From: Candidatus Heimdallarchaeota archaeon
GTDB taxonomy: Archaea > Asgardarchaeota > Heimdallarchaeia > Heimdallarchaeales > Heimdallarchaeaceae
Reading direction: 5' to 3'
Length of the DNA: 12,761 nt
Assembly (NCBI GenBank): GCA_018238545.1
Contig: JABCTC010000067.1
Coordinates: 1 to 12,761, forward strand
Positions 1 through 8,397 of this stretch are shown here, one piece after another. Made by a program: the position numbers and the translations under genes. Position 1 is the first letter of the stretch. Every line of letters starts with the position of its first letter. The notes beneath the pieces were generated by a model that was not told the origin of the DNA, searched no databases, and worked only from the letters and a program-made list of their open reading frames with translations.

Positions 1-1370
1 AAAACAATTGAAGAGGGAGAATCAAAAAGAGCAAGTCCATAATAATTATTTTCACAAGTATTATTTGAGACATAAGCCCCATCAGAAGGACTTAGAATGA
101 TTCCTGCTCCTTGATTCTCTTTACAGCTATTGTTTCTAATTATTCCATAATTCGAATGGCCTAGAAATGTTAGTCCGTCAATTAAATTATCATTACAAAT
201 ATTATTCTCAACATCAGCGTATTCACAATACCAAAGACGAATTCCGAAATTGTTATTAAAACAGAAATTATTTTCAATAATTGGTGCATTTGAGTGTTCA
301 ATACTTATTCCATATGTATTGTGACTATATGAATTATTTTCAATTTTAGCATTATCACAGTGACTTAACATTATTCCACAACTAGTACTCCCAACTTGCT
401 GATTCCTAACTGTTATATTATTGCAATTGATTAGGAACAATTGTCCATAATCAGTAATTCCATCTATAATTGTATCATTAAGATTAGTGAGTACTCTTAA
501 TTCTTCATTATTGACTTCATTATCTAAAATTGAGCAAGATAGAATAGCAGAAGCATATGTACTTCTTGTAAATAAACCAGCATTGTAAAAAGAATTATTT
601 GTGATACTTGTAGAGCCAATATCATAAAATTCTATGTTTAGATCATTGTTATAGAAATGATTATACGAAATAGTAGACGAATGAGACCCTGCTTGCAGAT
701 AGATTCCAATACCATTATTACTACAATTATTATCATTTACTGTAGAAGAATTGGCAACTGCAAGATATATCCCAAAATCTCGATTATCTTCAACTAGATT
801 ATTATTTACTTCTGAGGAAGAACTTAAGAATATCCTTATTCCATCAATGTTCCCTTTGCACATATTATCTAAAACCACTGAATCTTCTGATTCATAGAGA
901 TAGATTCCATAAGCATTATTCAAACAGGTATTATTGTACAAAAAGGAAGACACACAATTGGTGAGATAAATGCCTGCTTCATTGTTGTCGACACAAATGT
1001 TACTCTCAATTATTGCATTTTCTGTTGCTATATCTGAAATCTTAATACCTGTGATTTGTGCATTCACATAACAATTCTTTATTGTGAAATATTTTGTAGT
1101 ACCTGTAATCAATATTCCAAAGTCACTTGTTGTTGTAATATTGAAATTGTCAATCAAATAGGGGTCTTCAAGTGTTCCTGCTCCACTAAATCCATAAGTT
1201 ATAAAATCATCATCTGAATCTATACTAATTGGTGCTTTTGGAGTTAGACTGAAAAAAACGTTGCTTATTGAAGTATTATCGAAATAAGTTTCCTGATTTA
1301 TAGATTGTGAACATAATATGAGAGTAATTATTACTATTATCATTGCCTTTGTAAGTACCGTTTTTCTCAT
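1..1370 (-). CDS. Secreted right-handed parallel beta-helix repeat (NosD/PbH1-like) protein, 3' end outside the window
   Basis: Not in the ORF track because it runs off the window. Manual translation from ATG at 1370 is open to the edge (~456 aa): MRKTVLTKAMIIVIITLILCSQS (signal peptide-like), then APISIDSDDDFITYGFSGAGTLEDPYLIDNFNI, then many GIYL/GIRL..xNNxCxNN beta-helix repeats. SD-like GAGGGG lies ~8 nt upstream of the ATG. Confidence 0.9.
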   Translation of the reverse strand, partial: MRKTVLTKAMIIVIITLILCSQSINQETYFDNTSISNVFFSLTPKAPISIDSDDDFITYGFSGAGTLEDPYLIDNFNITTTSDFGILITGTTKYFTIKNCYVNAQITGIKISDIATENAIIESNICVDNNEAGIYLTNCVSSFLYNNTCLNNAYGIYLYESEDSVVLDNMCKGNIDGIRIFLSSSSEVNNNLVEDNRDFGIYLAVANSSTVNDNNCSNNGIGIYLQAGSHSSTISYNHFYNNDLNIEFYDIGSTSITNNSFYNAGLFTRSTYASAILSCSILDNEVNNEELRVLTNLNDTIIDGITDYGQLFLINCNNITVRNQQVGSTSCGIMLSHCDNAKIENNSYSHNTYGISIEHSNAPIIENNFCFNNNFGIRLWYCEYADVENNICNDNLIDGLTFLGHSNYGIIRNNSCKENQGAGIILSPSDGAYVSNNTCENNYYGLALFDSPSSIV

Positions 1371-1663
1371 TTACTTTCCCCTCAGTTTAAATATAGTATG
1401 TCAATAAAGCGTACATAAAACATAATTCTTAAGTTTTATTCACAAATGATTAGAAGTTTGAATGTAAGATTATAGTGTAGAAGATCTAATACCTCTTACT
1501 CAACTAAATCTGGTTATATCTTATAGTTTCTTACAAATAATTAAATAATGCAATACTTCTTCATGTATATTACTTGTGATTGAAGACATCTAGATAACAT
1601 ATATCACAAAGATATATTGGGAATCATCTCCAAGGAAACAATTATTGAAAGAAGGGATAGATT

Positions 1664-3160
1664 GTGATTATTGAGAAATCAAATATTATAGAGCTAGAAC
1701 AAAAACTTATCAAAGAAATAAGAGTTGATCCAAACATTCAAGGAAATATTCTATTCTCTTTTCATGATGAAGAATTCTTATTTGTAGTTACTAGAAACAA
1801 GACTTTCACGTTTTTACTTGAGGATTGGAGTGAAGTCTCTTTTAGTTTTTCTGATGTTGGTTGGCAACCTTTAGGTTCAGATGAGAAATATATCTATTTA
1901 ATTCCTAGAAATTCTAAAACTAAGGCTCTCCTATTAGTATGGAACAAAGAAGAAGATGAAGAAGAAGTTGTTCTTGAAGGTTTCGCAAAAAACCTGCCAA
2001 AAAAAAGAATTGACGCTCCACACAGGGTTAAGTTCATTTACACTGATACAAAGTATCTTTATTGTGGATTAGATTCTGGTAATGTCTCTATTTTGAATAA
2101 AAACGATTGGAGTGTTAAACATAGTATCACAACAAATAAATTATTTGACTATTCTAATATAATTGGAGTAGTAGCTTTCAAGGATCATATCATTATTGGT
2201 GTTCAAGGGCAAGATAAGAAAGGTAGAAACAAACGACACATTCTAAATGTGTATGATATCCATAATTTTGATTTATTATCATCTGAAGACATCTATGAAA
2301 AAGTTCACAAATTTCATTGTTATAATAACAGGTTAATCATTCATTTCTCCACGGGAGCAGTAGCGCTTTTTTCTAATGAAACCTTATCAATCACACCGAA
2401 ATTTCCTAAGAAAATAGGCTTTAATTCAATAAATATTGATCAGAATTATCTGTATGCTGCAATTGAGGATATAATCAAAGTGATAAATTTAAAAGATCTA
2501 TCACACTTTGCCTCTTTCACTTCAAAACTCAATCGACAAACAAAATACATTTTCCCACTCGGAAAATATCTGATAATTATCTCCCCAAGAGGGAACATAC
2601 ATGTTTATGATCCTATCAACATCACAGTATCTAACAAATTTAGAAGTGATATCGTCAAATTTCACAACATTGTAGTAAGAACAGATTTCTTGCACCTAGA
2701 CCAGCTACGTACTTTGATTGGTTTTGAAGAAAATATTGATTTGCTAAATTGGTTGTATATTTTGCCGACTGACTTACCATTTAAGATAAGCGGAGAAACC
2801 ATACGATTTAATCGAGATCAAATGAAAAAAGATGGAGCTGAGGAAGATGTTGAATCTATGATCTCAGATTATGAGTCGTGGTATAATAAGGAAAATGAGC
2901 AAAAAATCACTAACATTGTGAGAAAAACAGAATATCTTAACACCCAAACCTTAGCAGAATTATTAGGTTTCGCTGATTCAGTGGAATTACTTAATTGGAT
3001 TTATACATTGCCTTCAAATATACCTATAGTTGTAAAAGGTGATGAGATTTACTTTAGTTTCGAATCTGATGAAAATATAGAAATTATGAATTCTATAGAT
3101 ATTTTGCTAGAACAATATTCCAAATTTGAACAAGAAAAAATATCAAAGAAAGAAAACTAA
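1664..3160 (+). CDS. Beta-propeller-like (WD40/YVTN-type) protein with a duplicated C-terminal winged-helix/PCI-like domain
   Basis: 498-aa ORF with GTG start and GAAGGGA upstream. Residues ~20-320 have repeated blade-like motifs (KYLYCGLDSGNVSILN, NYLYAAIEDIIKVIN, KYLIIISPRGNIHVYD). Residues 332-410 and 414-492 are two copies of one domain. The fold assignments are inference. Confidence 0.75.
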   Translation: MIIEKSNIIELEQKLIKEIRVDPNIQGNILFSFHDEEFLFVVTRNKTFTFLLEDWSEVSFSFSDVGWQPLGSDEKYIYLIPRNSKTKALLLVWNKEEDEEEVVLEGFAKNLPKKRIDAPHRVKFIYTDTKYLYCGLDSGNVSILNKNDWSVKHSITTNKLFDYSNIIGVVAFKDHIIIGVQGQDKKGRNKRHILNVYDIHNFDLLSSEDIYEKVHKFHCYNNRLIIHFSTGAVALFSNETLSITPKFPKKIGFNSINIDQNYLYAAIEDIIKVINLKDLSHFASFTSKLNRQTKYIFPLGKYLIIISPRGNIHVYDPINITVSNKFRSDIVKFHNIVVRTDFLHLDQLRTLIGFEENIDLLNWLYILPTDLPFKISGETIRFNRDQMKKDGAEEDVESMISDYESWYNKENEQKITNIVRKTEYLNTQTLAELLGFADSVELLNWIYTLPSNIPIVVKGDEIYFSFESDENIEIMNSIDILLEQYSKFEQEKISKKEN

Positions 3161-3382
3161 GAAGTTTTTTATTTCTGTAGAAAACCTGTACTTTTTCAAA
3201 GTAAAACTAATCTTTTTTTCCTGCTTTTAACTATTATTCATACTGCTTTAGTTGATGATTTCTGGAGGAAAATAAAAAGGCAAGATCATGTTTGAGAACA
3301 GAGATATCCTTGCAGAACTTTACGGCTTTAAAATAAGTAAACATTGGATTAGTTCAATAAACACTCGTCTGAATTAGTCTAC

Positions 3383-3505
3383 TTATGTGATGAACTCTTT
3401 TCCTTCATCCTTGCATAGAAGTTGAATGACGTGTCTTCCTGCACATATGACTGATTGTACTCCTCCAGTTGTCATTGACCATTAACCAGACATATGAATC
3501 CCATC
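3383..3505 (-). pseudogene. Relic of the C-terminus of a phytoene-desaturase (CrtI)-like NAD(P)/FAD oxidoreductase
   Basis: Minus-strand frame reads DGIHMSG*WSMTTGGVQSVICAGRHVIQLLCKDEGKEFIT*. This resembles the family C-terminal pattern xNFYMAGQWxxPGGG.....SGRxVIQLICK.xGKxF, with the Gln codon replaced by TAA. No upstream part of the gene is present. Confidence 0.6.
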
Positions 3506-3519
3506 CTAATACTTCTTAA

Positions 3520-4236
3520 ATGATTTCAAAATTTAAGCTTATGTCGAAAAGTTACGATAATATTGTTCAAGGGATTGATATACTTTTAACAAATCTATCT
3601 GTGGATAACTCTACTCAAAACAGACAGATTATTCTCTTAAATCATTTTCACAACATGTGGTTTGGAAAGCACGTTCCATCAATGGTTCAAGATAAACAGC
3701 TAAGATTAAGATCTAGTTTTACAGGTGAATCTGATGCCTTCACGGATTTTTACATGGATTTATACAAGAAGGAGATGATTAATTCTGATATCATGACAAT
3801 CAAGAAGTTTGTATCTCCTTTGATTGCTTTTGCACTAGCTTTTTCTTCTGTTATAGCTAATAGTACAACTAAAATATCTACTTTAATTCAAGAGGCGATT
3901 CTTAATGTTTTTCTGCGATTGACAAACTACAATGAAGGAGCAATAGTTCCTATAAGAGATTTAACTAACCAGATGACAGCAAGAAGTATATTCACATTTA
4001 TTCATCCTGAAGGGAGTAATAGAAAGGGTGACACTATTGAGATGGTTGAGTTTCGCTTTCTACAAGCATGGAATTATATAGTAGAGGGGTTAATTTATTG
4101 TTTATACAAAATGGAAGTAAAGCTCCCGGCAAGATATTATGTTCAATTTAGCTGTCTTGAGAAGGAAGATGAATTGTATGATGAACTGAGGAAACTACAT
4201 GAATCATTTCAAGAGAAAGAATCTAATAAAATATGA
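3520..4236 (+). CDS. Hypothetical protein, predominantly helical
   Basis: 238-aa ORF with normal composition and no recognisable motif. The true start may be the ATG at 3541. Confidence 0.75.
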   Translation: MISKFKLMSKSYDNIVQGIDILLTNLSVDNSTQNRQIILLNHFHNMWFGKHVPSMVQDKQLRLRSSFTGESDAFTDFYMDLYKKEMINSDIMTIKKFVSPLIAFALAFSSVIANSTTKISTLIQEAILNVFLRLTNYNEGAIVPIRDLTNQMTARSIFTFIHPEGSNRKGDTIEMVEFRFLQAWNYIVEGLIYCLYKMEVKLPARYYVQFSCLEKEDELYDELRKLHESFQEKESNKI

Positions 4237-4308
4237 TTGTGGTTAGAAAATCCAAGACTAAGAAGAAGAATTACTTACTTCTTCTATGACAAAGATAAAA
4301 TATTATAC

Positions 4309-4363
4309 TGACTAAATATCTAAACTGTTACCAAGGTGGGTTTAGTTAACAGTCACTTTCTTT
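4309..4363 (+). terminator. Possible hairpin plus U-rich terminator between convergent genes
   Basis: TGACT(4309-4313)/AGTCA(4351-4355) and CTAAAC(4320-4325)/GTTTAG(4340-4345) are complementary and followed by CTTTCTTT. Confidence 0.3.
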
Positions 4364-4434
4364 ACGAGGAATAATTATTCCCTTTTTGTTTAAGATGGCA
4401 ATATACTCTATATAATTTCATTAGAAAAAGACAA

Positions 4435-5550
4435 TTAATATACCTCATTTGACTTTTTTACTTTTCTTTTCCAAGGTAGAGTATATGTCCACGTTTTCCA
4501 ACCTACATTTCCAGTTCCCAAATAAACAATATTAGAGAAATAATCATCTATGTAGATTTTTCTATAATTCTTTGGTTTACTTATACCTAAAGAAGAACAA
4601 GCTTCATCCCACAAATATTCAAGGTCTCTACTCCAGTTTGAACCAACCTCTCTAACTATCTCATTTTGAATCAGTGCACCACAAGTGCATTCTGTCATAT
4701 CTCGGATAGTTTCTCTTCTGAAGTCAACGCCACAAAATGGACAGTTAACTGTATCTTTGGCATGTGCTTGTATTTCCTCTTGAAGAAGCTCTTTTAGTTC
4801 ATCATAGGTTCCTTGAAAGTGGAAAAGATATACACCAGGTCCTATCTGTATCTTTATTCCATAACCCAAATACTCCATGTATTCCCAATCAATCATATAG
4901 CATTCAATATCATACTTAGCTCCATATTCATTGAGTTCTTGTTCTAGTCTCATGGCCGTTTCCCAACTGTTCTTCATTTTACGAAGTTTTTTGGATAGAG
5001 TGGATAGGAAACTGCTGTGCCAGAAAGAGTCTATAGCTTGAAGTTGAGCAATGGTGGTATCGATACTAAATGTTTCAAGAGTACCTGTTAGAGGGTCTAA
5101 GTAACTGATTTCTTCTACTTGAGGAAGGTATGTAAGTTGTTGAATGAATTCATCTATAGAAGAATAATCTCTTTCTTCAAGAGGAAAATTCTCTATAATC
5201 TTGTCGATGAGATTGACTAATTCGGGAAACTTTCTTCTGAAAGCTCTAGCTAGCTCCTTAGGATTGTAGTTCCGGAAGTGTTTCTTGACACCTTTTAATT
5301 CCCAATCTTGACCTTTGAAACTTTCTAAAAGTTCTATTGGATCTTCAATATATCCCCACTTAGTCTGAACCTTGGATCTAATATTCTTGTTAGTTTTTAA
5401 ACCTGAGATGATATGCGATAAGAGGACATGTCTCCCCTTTATCTCCTTGGGATAGATCAAATCAGTTTTACTTAAAAGTTGACCAATAATCCTTTCAACA
5501 ACTTTTTGTCTCTTCTTACTAGATATAGGTAAAACGATTTTTTGCATCAA
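4435..5550 (-). CDS. Hypothetical protein with a C4 Zn-ribbon-like motif
   Basis: 371-aa ORF containing CPFCG-x13-CTCG (nt ~4678-4743). Likely start is the ATG at 5547. Confidence 0.8.
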   Translation of the reverse strand: MMQKIVLPISSKKRQKVVERIIGQLLSKTDLIYPKEIKGRHVLLSHIISGLKTNKNIRSKVQTKWGYIEDPIELLESFKGQDWELKGVKKHFRNYNPKELARAFRRKFPELVNLIDKIIENFPLEERDYSSIDEFIQQLTYLPQVEEISYLDPLTGTLETFSIDTTIAQLQAIDSFWHSSFLSTLSKKLRKMKNSWETAMRLEQELNEYGAKYDIECYMIDWEYMEYLGYGIKIQIGPGVYLFHFQGTYDELKELLQEEIQAHAKDTVNCPFCGVDFRRETIRDMTECTCGALIQNEIVREVGSNWSRDLEYLWDEACSSLGISKPKNYRKIYIDDYFSNIVYLGTGNVGWKTWTYTLPWKRKVKKSNEVY

Positions 5551-5570
5551 TATATAATGAGTAATTTGGC

Positions 5571-5577
5571 ATATAAA
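5571..5577 (-). promoter_or_regulatory. Archaeal TATA box for a probably leaderless transcript
   Basis: TTTATAT on the minus strand ends 24 nt upstream of the ATG at 5547, the spacing expected for leaderless archaeal mRNAs. No SD is visible. Confidence 0.4.
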
Positions 5578-5651
5578 GGTGACAATTCTTTTCTTTTGGT
5601 TCTTAAGTTATCATTTTAAGTCGACCATCTTCATCAAGTTAGGTTGTTAAA

Positions 5652-5833
5652 GTGGAAATTTCTAAAACTGAGAAAAATGGAAATAAGAAGCAAGGAAATA
5701 GAAAGGCTTTGACAGTACTTTTTCTTTCAGTTTTCATAGATTTAATAGGGTTTGGAATCATCATCCCGATTCATCTTACTGGAATGAAGTTTTAGGAGGA
5801 ACTAATTTTACTTACTGAGTTATTCTTAGCATT
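5652..5833 (+). pseudogene. Relic N-terminus of a TetA/DHA1-type MFS transporter
   Basis: GTG at 5652 gives MEISKTEKNGNKKQGNRKALTVLFLSVFIDLIGFGIIIPI, a classic TetA-like TM1 D-x-x-G-x-G-I-I-x-P motif. After an apparent 1-nt deletion near 5772 it continues SYWNEVLGGTNFTY*VILSI, with TGA (5816-5818) at the conserved Gly, then runs into the methyltransferase 3' end. Confidence 0.8.
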
Positions 5834-6368
5834 TCTGGAAAATTAATATCCTTTTTTTTTCCTCAAGGAGTTTAAACATACCTTTAGTAGTGACCAGATT
5901 GATGATATCAGCAGTTGATTTTCTACTTTTTTGAATAACTAACGTACCCTCAAATTTTAAGATCCTATGCATTTCCTTCAATGTATCATCTAAAATATTC
6001 ATCAAAGAGTGAATAACACCAAAGAAAAAGGTGTGATCAACACTTTCATCCTCTAAAGTGGTTTGAGTTACATCAACAACCATAGCCTTGATGTTCCTAA
6101 CTCCTGTTTTTTGAATCTTCTTATCTACTTTCTTGATAGCAAAGGGATTGATATCGATAGCATAGATGAACCCTTTTTCTCCAACTATTTTTGTTGCGGG
6201 GAGAGTAAAAAAGCCTGGACCACAACCTACTTCTAACACTGCATCACCCTCTTTAAGTCCAGCAGAGAGTAGCATTTTTTCTCCATTCATGAACAAACCA
6301 TACATTTTATCGTGAATAAAAGAAATGAACATAAACTCGATTCTATCATGTAAGGACATCATTATCAA
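5826..6368 (-). CDS. Class I SAM-dependent methyltransferase (UbiE-like)
   Basis: Motif I VLEVGCGPGFF, acidic post-beta2 AIDIN, LEDESVD, and EMHRILKFEGTLVI. The start is probably the ATG at 6362 or 6359. Confidence 0.92.
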   Translation of the reverse strand: MIMMSLHDRIEFMFISFIHDKMYGLFMNGEKMLLSAGLKEGDAVLEVGCGPGFFTLPATKIVGEKGFIYAIDINPFAIKKVDKKIQKTGVRNIKAMVVDVTQTTLEDESVDHTFFFGVIHSLMNILDDTLKEMHRILKFEGTLVIQKSRKSTADIINLVTTKGMFKLLEEKKRILIFQKC

Positions 6369-6408
6369 ATAGTTACCACACTAAAGCACTTTTAAACCTA
6401 ATTAAATA

Positions 6409-6504
6409 AAATCCTAGGGAGAAAGAACTTTATTTGTGAATTAGTCTAACAATAAAAATGCTGATTATATTGTGAGTTCATTAACATTATACTCTCTAAG
6501 TTAA
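6409..6504 (+). pseudogene. Possible relic of a HAD-family hydrolase C-terminus
   Basis: Frame reads KS*GERTLFVN*SNNKNADYIVSSLTL, resembling the HAD C-terminal AKxLGMxTIxVN...ADYIIxSLxEL pattern with two in-frame TAG stops. The match is short and tentative. Confidence 0.3.
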
Positions 6505-6618
6505 TACTTGAATTCAGTGAAAAATGGTAGTGATATGAATAAATAATAATCGTTTGAATTACTATTAAATAGGCAAGCAACAAATAACCAAATAGCATAA
6601 GAAAGAGATTGTTGTCTG

Positions 6619-7392
6619 ATGTTAAACGAAATCCAAGAATTAAACAAAGAAATAAGAAGTTGTAAAAATTGTTCACTCTGGGAAAGTAGAATAAATGCAG
6701 TTTGTGGTATGGGACACCATAATAGCAATTTAATGCTTATTGCTCAAGCACCTGGTGAAATGGAAGATAGGGATGGAACGATGTTCATTGGTCCTTCAGG
6801 GAAAGTATTAGAGGAATTACTACAACATGCTAAAATAAAAAGAGAAGAAATTTACATGACAAATCTCATTAAATGCATGTTACCAAAGAATAGAAAACCT
6901 AAACAAGAAGAGATCCAGATATGTAGCCATTATTTAGAGGAAGAAATAAGAATAATTAATCCAGGTATAATCGCTACTTTAGGGTATTATTCAACAAAAT
7001 ATATTTTTCAGAAATACTTAATCCCTTTTCCTTTATCTAGAGAAGAATTAAAAGAAGTTTTCGGGAAGTTGTTTCTAGCAGCAAATAAGAAAATACTACC
7101 TTTGGGACACCCAGCTTCGATACTTTACAATGATTCATTAAGAAAAAAAATGATCAAAAATTATAAAAAATTGAAGATAATAATGTATGATTGTAAATGG
7201 TATCCTACTTGCCCAATGAAAAGGTTCTATGAGGAAGGTTTACTAGAAAGGAAGTGGATACAGAATTATTGTAAAGGAGATTGGGAAAGCTGTATTCGTT
7301 ATCAAATGGAAGAAAAAGGAGAATATCATTCAGATTATCTGCTTCCAGATGGGAGGATAAATGAAAAACTAAGAAAGAAGGTTTTAAGATGA
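6619..7392 (+). CDS. udg: Uracil-DNA glycosylase, family 4-like ([4Fe-4S]), with an extra C-terminal 4-Cys domain
   Basis: Fe-S ligands C15, C18, C86, C102. Motif A is AQAPG-E-ED (canonical GEAPG), followed by FIGPSG, YMTNLIKC and motif B HPASILY. C-terminal extension from ~M189. Confidence 0.92.
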   Translation: MLNEIQELNKEIRSCKNCSLWESRINAVCGMGHHNSNLMLIAQAPGEMEDRDGTMFIGPSGKVLEELLQHAKIKREEIYMTNLIKCMLPKNRKPKQEEIQICSHYLEEEIRIINPGIIATLGYYSTKYIFQKYLIPFPLSREELKEVFGKLFLAANKKILPLGHPASILYNDSLRKKMIKNYKKLKIIMYDCKWYPTCPMKRFYEEGLLERKWIQNYCKGDWESCIRYQMEEKGEYHSDYLLPDGRINEKLRKKVLR

Positions 7393-7404
7393 AAACTCTC
7401 TTCA

Positions 7405-7420
7405 TTTTTCTTTCTTTCTT
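7405..7420 (+). terminator. Oligo-T terminator of udg
   Basis: TTTTTCTTTCTTTCTT shortly after the udg stop, in a short convergent gap. Confidence 0.45.
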
Positions 7421-7428
7421 CAGTAGGG

Positions 7429-8397
7429 TTATTTGAGTAACTTATTCATTATATCTAAAAAAGCTTCATTTTCTTCCGGAAGACCTATAGAAACCCTGTA
7501 GAATCCATTCAACCAATCATTAGATAAATCTCGAATTATTGTCTCACATTCCATTAATTGCAATCCGAGATCTGGAATGTTAGATCTAAATAACAAAAAA
7601 TTTGTATTGCTTGGAAAAACTTCATAACCTATATTCTTTAACTCTGCTTCAACTCTATTTCTCTCATTGATTATTTTCTTAATAGAACTTTCCATATATG
7701 ATGTGTCTTTTAACGATTCAATAGCTGCATACACCGCAGGTTGTGAAATAAATGGTTGAAAATCAGACATTTTTTCTAAGAAGATATTTCCACCAACGAG
7801 GTATCCAACTCTAAGACCAGCAAGTGAGAATGACTTATCCATACTTCTTATTATAGCTAGATTTGGGTATTCGTTAACTAAATCTAAAGCTGTTTTGCCA
7901 TAAAATTCATAATATGCCTCATCAACTAAAACCAATGTTTGTTTATTCTCTAATAATTCTTTAATTGCATTTTTCTCAAAAAGAATTGACCCTGTAGGAT
8001 TATTTGGATTATCAATTATTAAAATAGAAGGCTCATTTGTCTCTTTCAAAATTACATCAGAATTTAATTCAAATTTAGGAGGAGATAATTGTACTTTTAC
8101 CAGTTTTTTTGCGTGCTCCTTTGCATAATAAAGCGATGGAAAAAATGATGGATTTACCATAATTATTTTTCTATCATGAGAAAATATCTGAATTACTTCT
8201 CTTAGAAGAAATTCTGAACCTTGAGAAACCACTACTCTGTTTGAATGAGTGTTGCAATATAGGGCAATAAGTTCTCTTAATTTGTTGATGTTTTTTATAT
8301 TCGAATAGCGATTTATCTCCTTTAATCCTTTTTCCGCAGCTTTAATTACATTGTCTGGAGGAAGAAACGGATTTTCATTCATATTTAATTTAATCAA
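7429..8397 (-). CDS. hisC: Histidinol-phosphate aminotransferase-like (HisC/CobD family, PLP fold I)
   Basis: IKLNMNENPF, NPNNPTG, VDEAYYEF, PLP-Lys motif RSMDKSFSLAGLRVGY, PSNTNFLL, RVSIGLPEEN. The TTG start overlaps the upstream stop (TTGA). Confidence 0.85.
   Translation of the reverse strand: MIKLNMNENPFLPPDNVIKAAEKGLKEINRYSNIKNINKLRELIALYCNTHSNRVVVSQGSEFLLREVIQIFSHDRKIIMVNPSFFPSLYYAKEHAKKLVKVQLSPPKFELNSDVILKETNEPSILIIDNPNNPTGSILFEKNAIKELLENKQTLVLVDEAYYEFYGKTALDLVNEYPNLAIIRSMDKSFSLAGLRVGYLVGGNIFLEKMSDFQPFISQPAVYAAIESLKDTSYMESSIKKIINERNRVEAELKNIGYEVFPSNTNFLLFRSNIPDLGLQLMECETIIRDLSNDWLNGFYRVSIGLPEENEAFLDIMNKLLK

Noticed and set aside
3288-3377. 29-aa plus ORF MFENRDILAELYGFK...
   Set aside because: Too short, GGAGG is too far upstream, and no family is recognisable.
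4310-4353. HDV-like ribozyme
   Set aside because: The topology is partly similar, but L3 is too short and P1.1, P4 and the catalytic-C J4/2 strand are absent.
3383-6504. Stop-codon recoding (Sec/Pyl or reassignment) explaining the in-frame stops in the relics
   Set aside because: The stops are a mix of TAA, TAG and TGA at Gln/Leu/Gly positions, with a frameshift and truncations. This pattern indicates decay, not recoding.
6446-6728. Minus-strand ORFs 6446-6676 and 6501-6728
   Set aside because: They overlap the udg 5' end antisense, have low-complexity composition and show no motifs.
7205-7405. 66-aa minus-strand ORF
   Set aside because: Antisense shadow of the udg C-terminal domain.
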